This document shows, in pieces, positions 26,168-35,113 of a stretch of DNA of 64,000 nucleotides. A program made the translations under genes and the position numbers. Source of the stretch: an uncultured Armatimonadia bacterium (GTDB lineage Bacteria; Armatimonadota; Zipacnadia; Zipacnadales; UBA11051); the NCBI GenBank assembly GCA_964390495.1, contig CAYMIN010000011.1:29701-93700 (forward strand). The letters are read 5' to 3'. The notes under the pieces were generated by a model. The model worked only from the letters and a program-made list of their open reading frames with translations. It ran no database searches and was not told where the DNA came from. How positions within the stretch are numbered: the first letter of the stretch is position 1; the number at the start of each line of letters is the position of its first letter.

Positions 26168-26947
26168 ATGCTTGGAACGCGATTGTCAGGGCAGGATCAA
26201 TTGCTGATCGCGGCACTGGTGCTGGCAGGGGTGGTTTTCGCCGTGAGCGTAGTCTGCTGCGGGGGCCATGTACCCGCGGCCGGCCCCGCTTACGCCGACG
26301 ACGCGACCACGGAGGAACAGGCACCGACCTATACGGTCGGCGGCGAGGGCGGTGAGGTGAGCATCAATGGCAACGTGGTGCTGCGGCTGCGCGTAGGCGC
26401 CGGAGGCTTCACTGCAGAGGAGCGGGCGCTAATCATCAGGCAGCGGCTGAGTGATGCGGTGGCTGCCGGGGTCGAGCCGGGACAGGTACACGCGGGGACG
26501 GTGCGCGGGCAACCGGCAGTGCTGGCAGGTGATGCGATCATCATCACCGCCGATGCCGAGCACGCCAAGCTCAACTCGACCACAGCGGCGGAGCTGGCCC
26601 AGGCTTGGGCGGTGAATGTCGCCGGAGCGCTGGGCGGCGAGCCGGGGACGCCAACGCTGGAGGTGGATACCGGGGAGGCCAAGCCGCAATGGCAGCCCTC
26701 TGAGCCGTATAAAGATAAGGATGTGCCGATCATCTCGATCGGGCGCGGGATCCGCGTCGGTATGGCACGGGTGACCGGGCCGACCTCGCAGGTCAATACC
26801 GTCAAGGCCGTCGCCCAGCTAGAATCGCGGCTGCAGAAGTTCGGCGATGTCGAGATCTATGTGCCCATCTCAACCGAGACGCCGGGCAAGAGCCTGGACC
26901 GCGTCAATGAATGCGCGGTCGTGGGCCTGGCCGACCTAGGGCTTTAG
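26168..26947 (+). CDS. Exported hypothetical protein, two domains; C-domain paralogous to the next gene
   Basis: N-terminal TM/signal; C-terminal VPIISIG...VGMARVTGP..QVNTVKAVA...IYVPIST. Confidence 0.7.
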   Translation: MLGTRLSGQDQLLIAALVLAGVVFAVSVVCCGGHVPAAGPAYADDATTEEQAPTYTVGGEGGEVSINGNVVLRLRVGAGGFTAEERALIIRQRLSDAVAAGVEPGQVHAGTVRGQPAVLAGDAIIITADAEHAKLNSTTAAELAQAWAVNVAGALGGEPGTPTLEVDTGEAKPQWQPSEPYKDKDVPIISIGRGIRVGMARVTGPTSQVNTVKAVAQLESRLQKFGDVEIYVPISTETPGKSLDRVNECAVVGLADLGL

Positions 26948-26958
26948 GAGGAATCAGG

Positions 26959-27432
26959 ATGAGAGCGACAACCCGAAAACTGATTGCATACCTGACGGTC
27001 TGCTTGGTGATAGCCGCAGTGATGAACTTCGCTGCAGTGCCGCAAAAGGCCCACAGCATTGATTTCGGCGGCCTGGCCGGCGACCTGCTCAAGGTCGGCG
27101 GCATCGCCTTGGTGGTGAAGCAGTTCGGCCCTGAGATCAACAGCGGCATCAACAGCATCATGGCTAAAAACGGCGTGATGCCGACGGCTAAGACCAAGGT
27201 GGTGCCGATTATCCGCATGGGGACCGATGACCCGACCGCCGTGGGCGCCGCCCAAGTAGTAGGACCGCCGTGGCAAGTGGATAAGGTCCAGGCCGTGGCC
27301 GAGGGCAGCATCCGCATCAGCAGCCTGCAGGGGAGAATCTTGGTACCGATTTCGACCAAGAAGGCCGTGACCAGCAGCGTGCGCGGGGTCGGCGGTGTCG
27401 GGATCTCTGCGAATATCAAGATAAATATCTAG
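26959..27432 (+). CDS. Exported hypothetical protein
   Basis: Signal peptide; KVVPIIRMG...VGAAQVVGP..QVDKVQAVA...ILVPIST. GGAGG RBS precedes ATG 26959. Confidence 0.75.
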   Translation: MRATTRKLIAYLTVCLVIAAVMNFAAVPQKAHSIDFGGLAGDLLKVGGIALVVKQFGPEINSGINSIMAKNGVMPTAKTKVVPIIRMGTDDPTAVGAAQVVGPPWQVDKVQAVAEGSIRISSLQGRILVPISTKKAVTSSVRGVGGVGISANIKINI

Positions 27433-27467
27433 CGCGGGCAGTCCGCGAGGTCGGTTGATGGGGGACA

Positions 27468-27490
27468 CTCGGGCAAGATGCCCGAGCTAC
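27468..27490. repeat. GTAG-family REP-like palindrome (copy 1)
   Basis: CTCGGGC-AAGAT-GCCCGAG-CTAC. Related copies at 28759-28781, 35082-35092 (half), 37840-37863 and 51757-51779. Confidence 0.75.
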
Positions 27491-27665
27491 GTGATCAAGG
27501 CGCCCTCACCCTAGCCCTTTCCCGCACGCGGGAGAGGGGAGAACAACAACGGCAACGGCTGGGCCGAACGGGGCAGCCCGCCGCACGCGGAGATGATGAA
27601 GCCCGAGTCATGCAGTGATAGCACCTACCCGGCGATAGGACTCGGGCGTGGCTGAATGATGACGG

Positions 27666-28625
27666 CTAAGCGGGGCGGCGGTGGCGGATGTAGTTGCTGG
27701 TCTCCACCACCTCGAACTCGTCGCCATCAGGCATGATGCGGTCCAACATGATGTTGTAGCCCACATTGTCCGCCGGATAGTGCGGTATCACCACAATGCT
27801 CGCCCCATACTTATTGGCCAGCTCGCGGAACTCAGCCGTGCTGGCGACCACGATAAAAGTCCCCACGCCCGCCTGACACAACTCCTCAAATAGCGCCGGT
27901 GTCGGATTCCAGCCGCCATACAGGCACATGTAAACCTTGCCGACGGGGGCCTTGGCGTTGCCGGCGTCTAGGCTCGGCGCGTGGCGGACCTTGTCAATCA
28001 GCCATTGGCACTCCGGCCAGGCCGTCACTAAATCGAGAACTTCGCCGACGGTCTCGGGCTGCTCCTCAGCAATCTGCTTCTGCATGAACTCGTACACGCA
28101 GGCATCCGCCGGCGAATGCAGGCACATCAGCGGCATCTGCAGGGCCTCGGCAATCTGCAGGACCCGCAGATTCCAGGAGGTATCCTCGGTGCCGACTAGG
28201 TCCTGGATCAGCTTCCAGACCCGGGGCTCGGGGACGCCGGCCTCCACCGCCATCGCCACCTGCGGAATAGCGGTGTCATACTTCGAGCCGACACCTCCGG
28301 CAATAGCCGAGGCATGATGCGCCAGCACCGCATCAACCTTCCGGCCGCGCCGCGTCAGCTCGGAGGCCAAGAGCAGCTCGGAGCCGTCAATGTCTATGCC
28401 GATCACCACGCGGTTGAGTTCGGTGTCGGGATCGCCACAGACCAGCCGGGAGTCGCCGAAGGGATTGGTGAGGCGCTCGGTGTCGAAAAGGCGCTTGTCG
28501 GCCTCGCTCATCTGCTGGTACTGCTCGGCAAGTTGCTGCATCTGCCGCTCGAGAGCGTCGTGGCCCCGGGGATCGGCCTCCATACCGACGGCAATGGCCG
28601 CCTGATAAAGCTCGCCTAAGGTCAT
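27666..28625 (-). CDS. NIF3/NGG1p-interacting factor family metal-binding protein
   Basis: DPRG...NPFGDSRL, GIDID, VLAHH, HSPAD, HYPADNVG. Confidence 0.75.
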   Translation of the reverse strand: MTLGELYQAAIAVGMEADPRGHDALERQMQQLAEQYQQMSEADKRLFDTERLTNPFGDSRLVCGDPDTELNRVVIGIDIDGSELLLASELTRRGRKVDAVLAHHASAIAGGVGSKYDTAIPQVAMAVEAGVPEPRVWKLIQDLVGTEDTSWNLRVLQIAEALQMPLMCLHSPADACVYEFMQKQIAEEQPETVGEVLDLVTAWPECQWLIDKVRHAPSLDAGNAKAPVGKVYMCLYGGWNPTPALFEELCQAGVGTFIVVASTAEFRELANKYGASIVVIPHYPADNVGYNIMLDRIMPDGDEFEVVETSNYIRHRRPA

Positions 28626-28678
28626 GATTCTGCCTCCTGGGAAACGTTAGCTGGTCACTGGATGTGACCTGGGCCAAT

Positions 28679-28722
28679 GGCTGGGCCGGATTCTCGGCCT
28701 TCGACAAGCTCAGGCCTCGTAT
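28679..28722 (+). repeat. 44-bp palindromic repeat, copy A (CTTCGACAAGCTCAG core)
   Basis: GGCTGGGCCGGATTCTCGGCCTTCGACAAGCTCAGGCCTCGTAT, identical to 34953-34996. Confidence 0.9.
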
Positions 28723-28758
28723 GCGGCCCCTCCGAAAGGCAACGGCAACAGCAAGCGA

Positions 28759-28781
28759 GTCGGGCAGGATGCCCGACCTAC
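28759..28781. repeat. GTAG-family REP-like palindrome (copy 2)
   Basis: GTCGGGC-AGGAT-GCCCGAC-CTAC. Confidence 0.75.
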
Positions 28782-29968
28782 GCGTTGGGAAGCGCAGAGG
28801 TACTGAATTCATCGCGGGCCTCGAGCATCGCCCAGACATTCTCCGCCGGCGTCCCGTGCATTATCGTGTTGCTCGAGCCGAGAATCAGGCCGCCCCCCGA
28901 TGCTGCGACCTGCATCGAGCGCAACGCCTCCTGCTTGACCTGCTGCGCGGTGGCGCTGCGCAGGGTCGTGCCACACGCCACGCCACCCCACATGGTGAGT
29001 TGCGGGAACCGGTCGCGCACTTGCCCCAGGTCCATGCCCGCCTCCTGGTCTATCTCCCCGTAACCGTCAACACCGGAAGCGCCGAACAGATCGTCGGCTA
29101 TGGACCAGAGATTGCCATCAGTGCGGAAGACATAGGGCAGGCCCGTCTCATGGAAGATCTCCACGAACTGCTGCAAATGGGGCAGGAGATGCTCGTGAAA
29201 GACCTGCGGGCCATAGATGCAGCCGTTCTTGTCGGCCAGATCCCCGCCACCGAAGATCACATCCACGCCCATCGCCTTGAGCACGGGAGCAGTGCGCCGG
29301 GCTTGTTCCACGGCCAGGGCCAGATGGCGGTCAATCAGGTCGGGGCGCAGTGCCACCGCAATCATCCAGATCTCAGCCATCGGGATGCTGATATTGACAC
29401 CGGTCACGATGGCGCGCTTGGCGGCGTTGCGCGCGATGATCATCTGCAGGACCGGATAGGCCTCAGGGGTGAGCGGAGCAGCCTGCTCCAGAGCCGCCTC
29501 AGCCGCCGCTAGATCAGCCTCCAACTCTTCCAGCGTCGTCGGCTCGGAGGTGCTTTTTACGGTCCCGAAAGTGTCGGCTCGCGGGTCATAGCGACAGAGC
29601 CGCCAGCGGCCCTCGGGATCGCCATAGAGGTAGTCATGTTGGCCCGTTTTCTTGGTGGGACGGCCGGCCAGCCAGGGCCGGTTGATGGCATCCATACCCA
29701 CCGTATCGGCGAACTGCGTCCAATCCTCGACCAGTTGGGCGATGAAGTCCTGGTAGGCGCTTTCGCCGGCCAGCCACGCCTCGGCCTCGTGGCGGTGGAG
29801 GCCGGTGGAGCCGGTGTAAGCCTGCCTGCCCAGGACCTCACTGGCCACCCCGCAAGCCACAGCCTGCTCATAGAAGGGCACCATGTCAGGCTTGCGGCCT
29901 GCAAATACGTTTAGGAAGCGGCGGCGGCTAGGATTATGAGGCGCAGTCTCTGCGGGCAATCGGATCAC
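28778..29968 (-). CDS. Uroporphyrinogen decarboxylase (URO-D)/methyltransferase-family protein
   Basis: GGGDLADKNG, FRTDGNL, TMWGGV, GGLILGSSNTI. Confidence 0.8.
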   Translation of the reverse strand: MIRLPAETAPHNPSRRRFLNVFAGRKPDMVPFYEQAVACGVASEVLGRQAYTGSTGLHRHEAEAWLAGESAYQDFIAQLVEDWTQFADTVGMDAINRPWLAGRPTKKTGQHDYLYGDPEGRWRLCRYDPRADTFGTVKSTSEPTTLEELEADLAAAEAALEQAAPLTPEAYPVLQMIIARNAAKRAIVTGVNISIPMAEIWMIAVALRPDLIDRHLALAVEQARRTAPVLKAMGVDVIFGGGDLADKNGCIYGPQVFHEHLLPHLQQFVEIFHETGLPYVFRTDGNLWSIADDLFGASGVDGYGEIDQEAGMDLGQVRDRFPQLTMWGGVACGTTLRSATAQQVKQEALRSMQVAASGGGLILGSSNTIMHGTPAENVWAMLEARDEFSTSALPNA

Positions 29969-30016
29969 TTCGTATCATGCGGCCTAGATGCGACAGGGAT
30001 CAGGAGCATACCCGGA

Positions 30017-30880
30017 CTACCACAGCTCGATGCGCATAAGCTCCTCGCCGAAGATGATCTCGCCGTCGTAAATGGCGGCGATGTCCGCAATGGCCCGCTC
30101 GCGCGAGGCGGGCCTGCAGAGGGCCGGGCCGGTGTGGGTCAGGATCAAGAGCTCAGTACCGGAATCGCGGGCCATGTTGGCGGCGTCAATCGTGCCGGTC
30201 TGCGCCGGCGCCTCGCCATTTTCATCCATGGTCTCCTGGTGGTCCCAACAGTTTACTACCAGCACATCAGCACCGGCTGCCAGCTCCTGGACCGTGTCAC
30301 ACGGCTCAGTATCGCCGGCGAAAACGATAGTGCCGTCATCGGTCTCGATCCGGTAGGCCAGGGAATTGAGCCAGGGCTGCACATGATTGGCCAGACCGGC
30401 GGTGACCTTCCAGTTCTTCTGCTTGATGACATCGCCCGGCTCGATGTCCTCGACGTTGAGATCCGGCTCGGGACGCGGTAGGGAGCCACCGCGATTCTGA
30501 TGGACGGACTGGCTGGTAGGATGGCCGACACGGGCCTTCCAGTCGAAAACGAAGGCACCGTCCTCACCGATGAGCCGCTCGGTCATCAGCTCGGTCGGCT
30601 CCGGTCCCCAGATGCTCAGCTTGTTCTCATCGCCCATGCTCTGGTCCCAGCGGCACAGCAGGAAGCAGGGATAATCGGCACTGTGGTCGGAGTGATGGTG
30701 AGTGAAGAACAGATAATCAATCTGAGTGGGCAGGAGGCCCGCCTGCACCAGCTTGTAGGTCGTGGCCGGCCCACAGTCAATCATCACATACTCTTCATCA
30801 ATCTCCAGGACATACGAGGTGCCGAACCGCGCTGGAGTGGGCGTCGGTGTGCCGGTGCCCAAAAGCCACAACTTGCTCAT
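30017..30880 (-). CDS. MBL-fold metallohydrolase (RNase Z/AtsA-like)
   Basis: LLGTGTP, IDCGP, FTHHHSDH, FAGDT, LILTH. Start at MSKLW (30880). Confidence 0.88.
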   Translation of the reverse strand: MSKLWLLGTGTPTPTPARFGTSYVLEIDEEYVMIDCGPATTYKLVQAGLLPTQIDYLFFTHHHSDHSADYPCFLLCRWDQSMGDENKLSIWGPEPTELMTERLIGEDGAFVFDWKARVGHPTSQSVHQNRGGSLPRPEPDLNVEDIEPGDVIKQKNWKVTAGLANHVQPWLNSLAYRIETDDGTIVFAGDTEPCDTVQELAAGADVLVVNCWDHQETMDENGEAPAQTGTIDAANMARDSGTELLILTHTGPALCRPASRERAIADIAAIYDGEIIFGEELMRIELW

Positions 30881-30941
30881 GCTTGCCCTCCCTGACAAGA
30901 AAATTGTGATGCAGCGGCAGCCAGGACGTCACCGCCAGCCT

Positions 30942-33701
30942 CTACATTCCGCCAATCGGCGTTTCCACCTGCGTGGCAGTGCGCACGGTGGGGTCGCCGG
31001 CCTCATCGTAGCTGATCAAGGTCGAGCCGGCAATGTAGAAAGTATTGGTGCCGGGTATCACGCGGTGCGGGAAATAGACTTGTCTAGTCTCGTCTGGCGT
31101 GATTTCGAGGCCGGGCTCGTCGAGGACGTGAATCACCGTAGTATCGCCGACACGCTCGACGCGGTCAATGGTGTAGCCGTGGGCGGTGGTATCGCCGTGG
31201 GTAATGACCATAGTCTCGCCCGCCAGCTCGACATCGGTCGGCAGTTGCACAGGGGTAAGGAAGGCATCATTCTCGTCACCGGCTTCCCGGCGCTGCACGC
31301 CGGTGATGTCGCCGGTCAGCGGCCCGGCGGTCTTGATATGCAACTGACCCAGCTTCAGTTCCGCGCCGTCGAGAATATACGCCCACTTGACCTCGCCGCC
31401 CTGCAACCGCAGATGAGCCAGCCGGCCCCGGAAGCTGAGATTGGCCGCCGGCACCAGGACCTCCTGCTCGTACGGGGCCTGCTCGTTGGTGCTGATGAGA
31501 TAGTCGGTGATGTCGCCGCTGCGCACGGCCAGCGCCACGCAGTTCTCAGGCCCTGCGACGGCCAACTGCTCAACACTGTCAATGCAGGTGGTCTCGAAAT
31601 AGGGTTCGTGTACCGCCACGAAGGTGCTGCTGAGCGGTTCTACCGGCTCTGCCCCTGCCTCAGCGGGTGTGCCCCGGCGGACGGCGATAATCGGCATCCA
31701 GAGGTCGTGAATTGTGGATTCATCGCGTTGCGCTCCGCGGATTGAGGGGCACATGCCGGTGATGACGCGGGTGCCGGCGGCGCCCAGCACATGGGTCTTG
31801 AGGGCGGTACCGTCGGCGCAGGTCAGGGTCATCTCCCAGGGGCCGTCAGTCACAGTCTGCTGCAGGTCTTTGATATGCGTGTAGAGCGTGCCTGCCAGCG
31901 GCGCAAATCGCAGGCTGGTAGTCAGGGCCTGATTCTCGTTGGCATAGCCGTGCTCCATCCAGTCGTGGACCGAGCCGCCCTTGACCCGGAAAACGTCGAA
32001 GAGATAAGAATCGTGCTCGCCGACGCGGGCCAGCACCAGGGCGCGCTTGTAAAGCTCGGCCTTGCCCTCGTAGCGGGTGGTGCCATCGGCCTCGACGGCG
32101 AAGACCTGTGGGCCCTTGGTGGCGAAGAGGCCGAGCCGCCCCAGAACGCCGCCGCCTTGATTGGTCTGGTCAATGACAACCGTATTGTGGCCGGAGGTGC
32201 CGGAGCTCCAGCCGCGCAGGCTGGTGCGGCAGTAGCCGAACTCGGAGAGCAGCTCCTTGCCCTTGGCGTGGAATATGATGTTGAGGGTGTCGCGGTGATC
32301 GTGGCCGGAAGCGCCGCCATAGTGCAAGTGGGCCTGGACCTGGTCGTCGCCCTCGCCCATACCCAGGATAGCGTGCCCCATGCCGGGCAGGATCAGACAC
32401 TCGGACTTGGTGCGGGCCAGCGGCCAGCAGACCTTGTTCCAGTCACAGTCATGGGTCACAGCGTAGTAGCTGCGCTGATTCTTGCCCATAGGCAGCGCCA
32501 GCTTGACGACACAGGTGACCGCGCGATTAAGCGCCGGGATGTCGCGCTGCATGCGCAGGTCATCGTAGCGTTCGCCGGTCTTCTCGTAGGTATAGCCGGG
32601 TGGGTCGGTATGGCCGTCGGCGAGGTCGGGAACCATCGCCAAGCGGTTGGTAATCTGGCGATGATAACACGCCGTGCCTTCATGCCACATCCCGTCATAG
32701 AAGTAGCTTTTCTCCAGGATTCCCTTGAACCAGCCGACGGCGTAGTGGATCCAGTCGGGCTCACCCAGCACGCGACCGGCGACGATGAGGCCCATGATGC
32801 AGTTCCCATCCATGTTGCCCCAGAACTTGGGATACTTTTGGAGGCTCTCCACACAGGCGCGCAGGAGGTCCTTCTCGACGAGTTGCCTGGTCCCGTCGCC
32901 GAGCTCTTCATAGGCGCCGCTGTCGCAGATTAAGTCGTGAGCGTTGAACGGTCCCATCGGAACATTGCCGTAGAACCAGCGGCTCCATTTGCCGGCCCAG
33001 TAGGGCATGGAGCCTGCATAGTCAGGCGCGCAGATCTTGGAGTCGTAGAAGGCGCTGCCCTGCTGACCTGCGCCGGGCTTTATCTGGATGTCCTGCCACG
33101 GCGACACGCTGTGATTATCGTAGCCGCGGATGGGATAGCCGGGGAAAACCTCGGCAAAACGGCGCAGAATCACGGCTGATTTGTGCGCATACTGCGGCTC
33201 CTTGGTGACATGGTAAAGCAGGGCCAGGTCGTAAGCGCGGGCGGCGAAGTAGCCCTTGATGGAGCCGCGGATTCTGGCATCCCAGAAATACGTGCGCCCA
33301 TCTTCGGCCTGGTGGTAGTGATACTCCTGCTCCTGGCCGAGGGGGTTGACTATGGTGAGCGTTTTGTCCATCGGATACTTCTCGCTGGGATAGACCTGGC
33401 CGCAGTGGGTGCACTTGATCTGGTAAGGGTTGTCTATGCTCCACTCGAAAGTGGCGGAGCGGCCACCTTCAGCCCCGCCGCGACAGTTCTCGCAGCCGAC
33501 AATGCTGAAATCGGTCTTGTCCGAGATGAACTGCGAGATCTCCTCATCGCTCATCGCCATGACCTTGGCGACGCTCTCTTTGAGCTTGGCCTCGTCGCCG
33601 GTCGGGTTGTAAACCGGGTGCTGTACCTCGTAGGCACAGCCGGCGGTGACCGCCAATAGCAAAAGCGCTGCCACAACGGTCGGCTTCAGCAGGATGGTCA
33701 T
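30942..33701 (-). CDS. Heparinase II/III family protein (exported, possible lipoprotein) with N-terminal CxxC...CxxC module
   Basis: DGMWHEGTACYH, HYGGASGHDHRDTLNI, SGHNTVVID, YLFDVFRVKGGSVHDW; signal ending TAG-C. Confidence 0.82.
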   Translation of the reverse strand: MTILLKPTVVAALLLLAVTAGCAYEVQHPVYNPTGDEAKLKESVAKVMAMSDEEISQFISDKTDFSIVGCENCRGGAEGGRSATFEWSIDNPYQIKCTHCGQVYPSEKYPMDKTLTIVNPLGQEQEYHYHQAEDGRTYFWDARIRGSIKGYFAARAYDLALLYHVTKEPQYAHKSAVILRRFAEVFPGYPIRGYDNHSVSPWQDIQIKPGAGQQGSAFYDSKICAPDYAGSMPYWAGKWSRWFYGNVPMGPFNAHDLICDSGAYEELGDGTRQLVEKDLLRACVESLQKYPKFWGNMDGNCIMGLIVAGRVLGEPDWIHYAVGWFKGILEKSYFYDGMWHEGTACYHRQITNRLAMVPDLADGHTDPPGYTYEKTGERYDDLRMQRDIPALNRAVTCVVKLALPMGKNQRSYYAVTHDCDWNKVCWPLARTKSECLILPGMGHAILGMGEGDDQVQAHLHYGGASGHDHRDTLNIIFHAKGKELLSEFGYCRTSLRGWSSGTSGHNTVVIDQTNQGGGVLGRLGLFATKGPQVFAVEADGTTRYEGKAELYKRALVLARVGEHDSYLFDVFRVKGGSVHDWMEHGYANENQALTTSLRFAPLAGTLYTHIKDLQQTVTDGPWEMTLTCADGTALKTHVLGAAGTRVITGMCPSIRGAQRDESTIHDLWMPIIAVRRGTPAEAGAEPVEPLSSTFVAVHEPYFETTCIDSVEQLAVAGPENCVALAVRSGDITDYLISTNEQAPYEQEVLVPAANLSFRGRLAHLRLQGGEVKWAYILDGAELKLGQLHIKTAGPLTGDITGVQRREAGDENDAFLTPVQLPTDVELAGETMVITHGDTTAHGYTIDRVERVGDTTVIHVLDEPGLEITPDETRQVYFPHRVIPGTNTFYIAGSTLISYDEAGDPTVRTATQVETPIGGM

Positions 33702-33734
33702 GTTTAGAACCTCCGGAGTTGTAGTAGGGGCCTC

Positions 33735-34877
33735 TCAGTAGCGATACTGTCGGGCCGTGTCGAACATGGCGATGATATTGTCGGCGGGCACATCGGCCTG
33801 AATGTTATGGACCGAATTGAGCACGTAGCCGCCGCCTGCGCCCAGGACCTCCAGGATGCGCTTGGTCTCTGCGGCCACCTGCTCGGGCGTGCCGTAGGGC
33901 AGTACTTGCTGAGTGTCGATGCCGCCCCAGAATGAGATGCGGTCGCCGAACTCGGCCTTGAGCTCCGCCGGGTCCATGTCGGCGGCACCGACCTGGACGG
34001 GATTCAGAGCATCCACACCATTCTCGATCAGGCTGGGGATGAACTGGCGAACACTGCCGCAAGTGTGGAAGAAGATACGGGCCTCGGTGCGGGCCTTGAC
34101 GAAGCTGATGACCTCTTTTTGCCTGGGCTTGATGAACTTGTCGAAAATACCCAGCGACATCATCGGCCCGCCCTGGTGGCCGAAATCATCGGCAAGCTGC
34201 ACAATGTCAAGGTACTGGCCGGCCGCGGGAAGATAAGCCTCCCAGGCGGACAGGTGCAACTCCAGCAGCTTGTCGAGGAACTTGTTGACGAAGACCTCGT
34301 CAGTGACCAGGTCCATCAGGTAGTTCTCGAAACCGCGCAGATACCACGCGAACTCGAAAAAGGAGGCCGAGCCGAAGAAGACCACCGCGTAGTCGGTATT
34401 CTCGTGCAGATCGCGCGCAGATTGCTCCAGGTCCGCAACCCCCGCAGCGGTGTACTGCTCCGGCCAGTCATAATGGTCGAGGTCGGCCGCGCTGAGGCCG
34501 GCCAGCGGATGGCTAACCATGTCGAAATACAGCGCATTAGCCTTGGGCATCTTCCACTCAATGCCCCAGTCGTCGGTGTAATTGTAGCTGTCCTGGTCTT
34601 CGCGTATTTCAAGGCCAGCGCCGCTGCGGGAGCCGGTGGAAACGTAACGGGTATCTACACCGAGGCGGGTCAGCAGCTCTTCGCTGGGCTGGGCGAGTTG
34701 CTGCTTGAAATCCATGATCTCGGTTGGCTCCGCGATGCCCAGTGCATCCTTCAGGCGGTCATAGGCGAAGCGGTGAATGCCGGTGACGACACCGCCGAGG
34801 TCAATCGGCACGCGGTCAGGCCTTGCATGGTTCAGAGCTGTCAGCAGGCGTTGGCGAGGCGTCATTGAATCGGCCAT
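33735..34877 (-). CDS. URO-D/methylcobamide methyltransferase-family protein
   Basis: MTPRQR...PDRVPIDLG, ADDFGHQ, FFHTCG, DALNPVQ, FWGGIDTQ, VHNIQADVP. Confidence 0.88.
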   Translation of the reverse strand: MADSMTPRQRLLTALNHARPDRVPIDLGGVVTGIHRFAYDRLKDALGIAEPTEIMDFKQQLAQPSEELLTRLGVDTRYVSTGSRSGAGLEIREDQDSYNYTDDWGIEWKMPKANALYFDMVSHPLAGLSAADLDHYDWPEQYTAAGVADLEQSARDLHENTDYAVVFFGSASFFEFAWYLRGFENYLMDLVTDEVFVNKFLDKLLELHLSAWEAYLPAAGQYLDIVQLADDFGHQGGPMMSLGIFDKFIKPRQKEVISFVKARTEARIFFHTCGSVRQFIPSLIENGVDALNPVQVGAADMDPAELKAEFGDRISFWGGIDTQQVLPYGTPEQVAAETKRILEVLGAGGGYVLNSVHNIQADVPADNIIAMFDTARQYRY

Positions 34878-34952
34878 TTGCTATCTCACCTTTTGGTGCG
34901 GAATTGATTGAGGAAGTCGGGCTGGAGCAGTACTTATGCAGCTTCTTCTAAC

Positions 34953-34996
34953 GGCTGGGCCGGATTCTCGGCCTTCGACAAGCTCAGGCCTCGTAT
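34953..34996 (+). repeat. 44-bp palindromic repeat, copy B
   Basis: Identical to 28679-28722, same orientation. Confidence 0.9.
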
Positions 34997-35113
34997 CCGG
35001 CCCAAGACTTGTTACAGCACCAGCGCCTAGCATCACCGGGCCGCGGAGCACGCATCAGAAATCTGCTTAGCTACAGTGGAAGCCCGAGCTACGCGGCGGA
35101 AGGCTTGCTCCGC

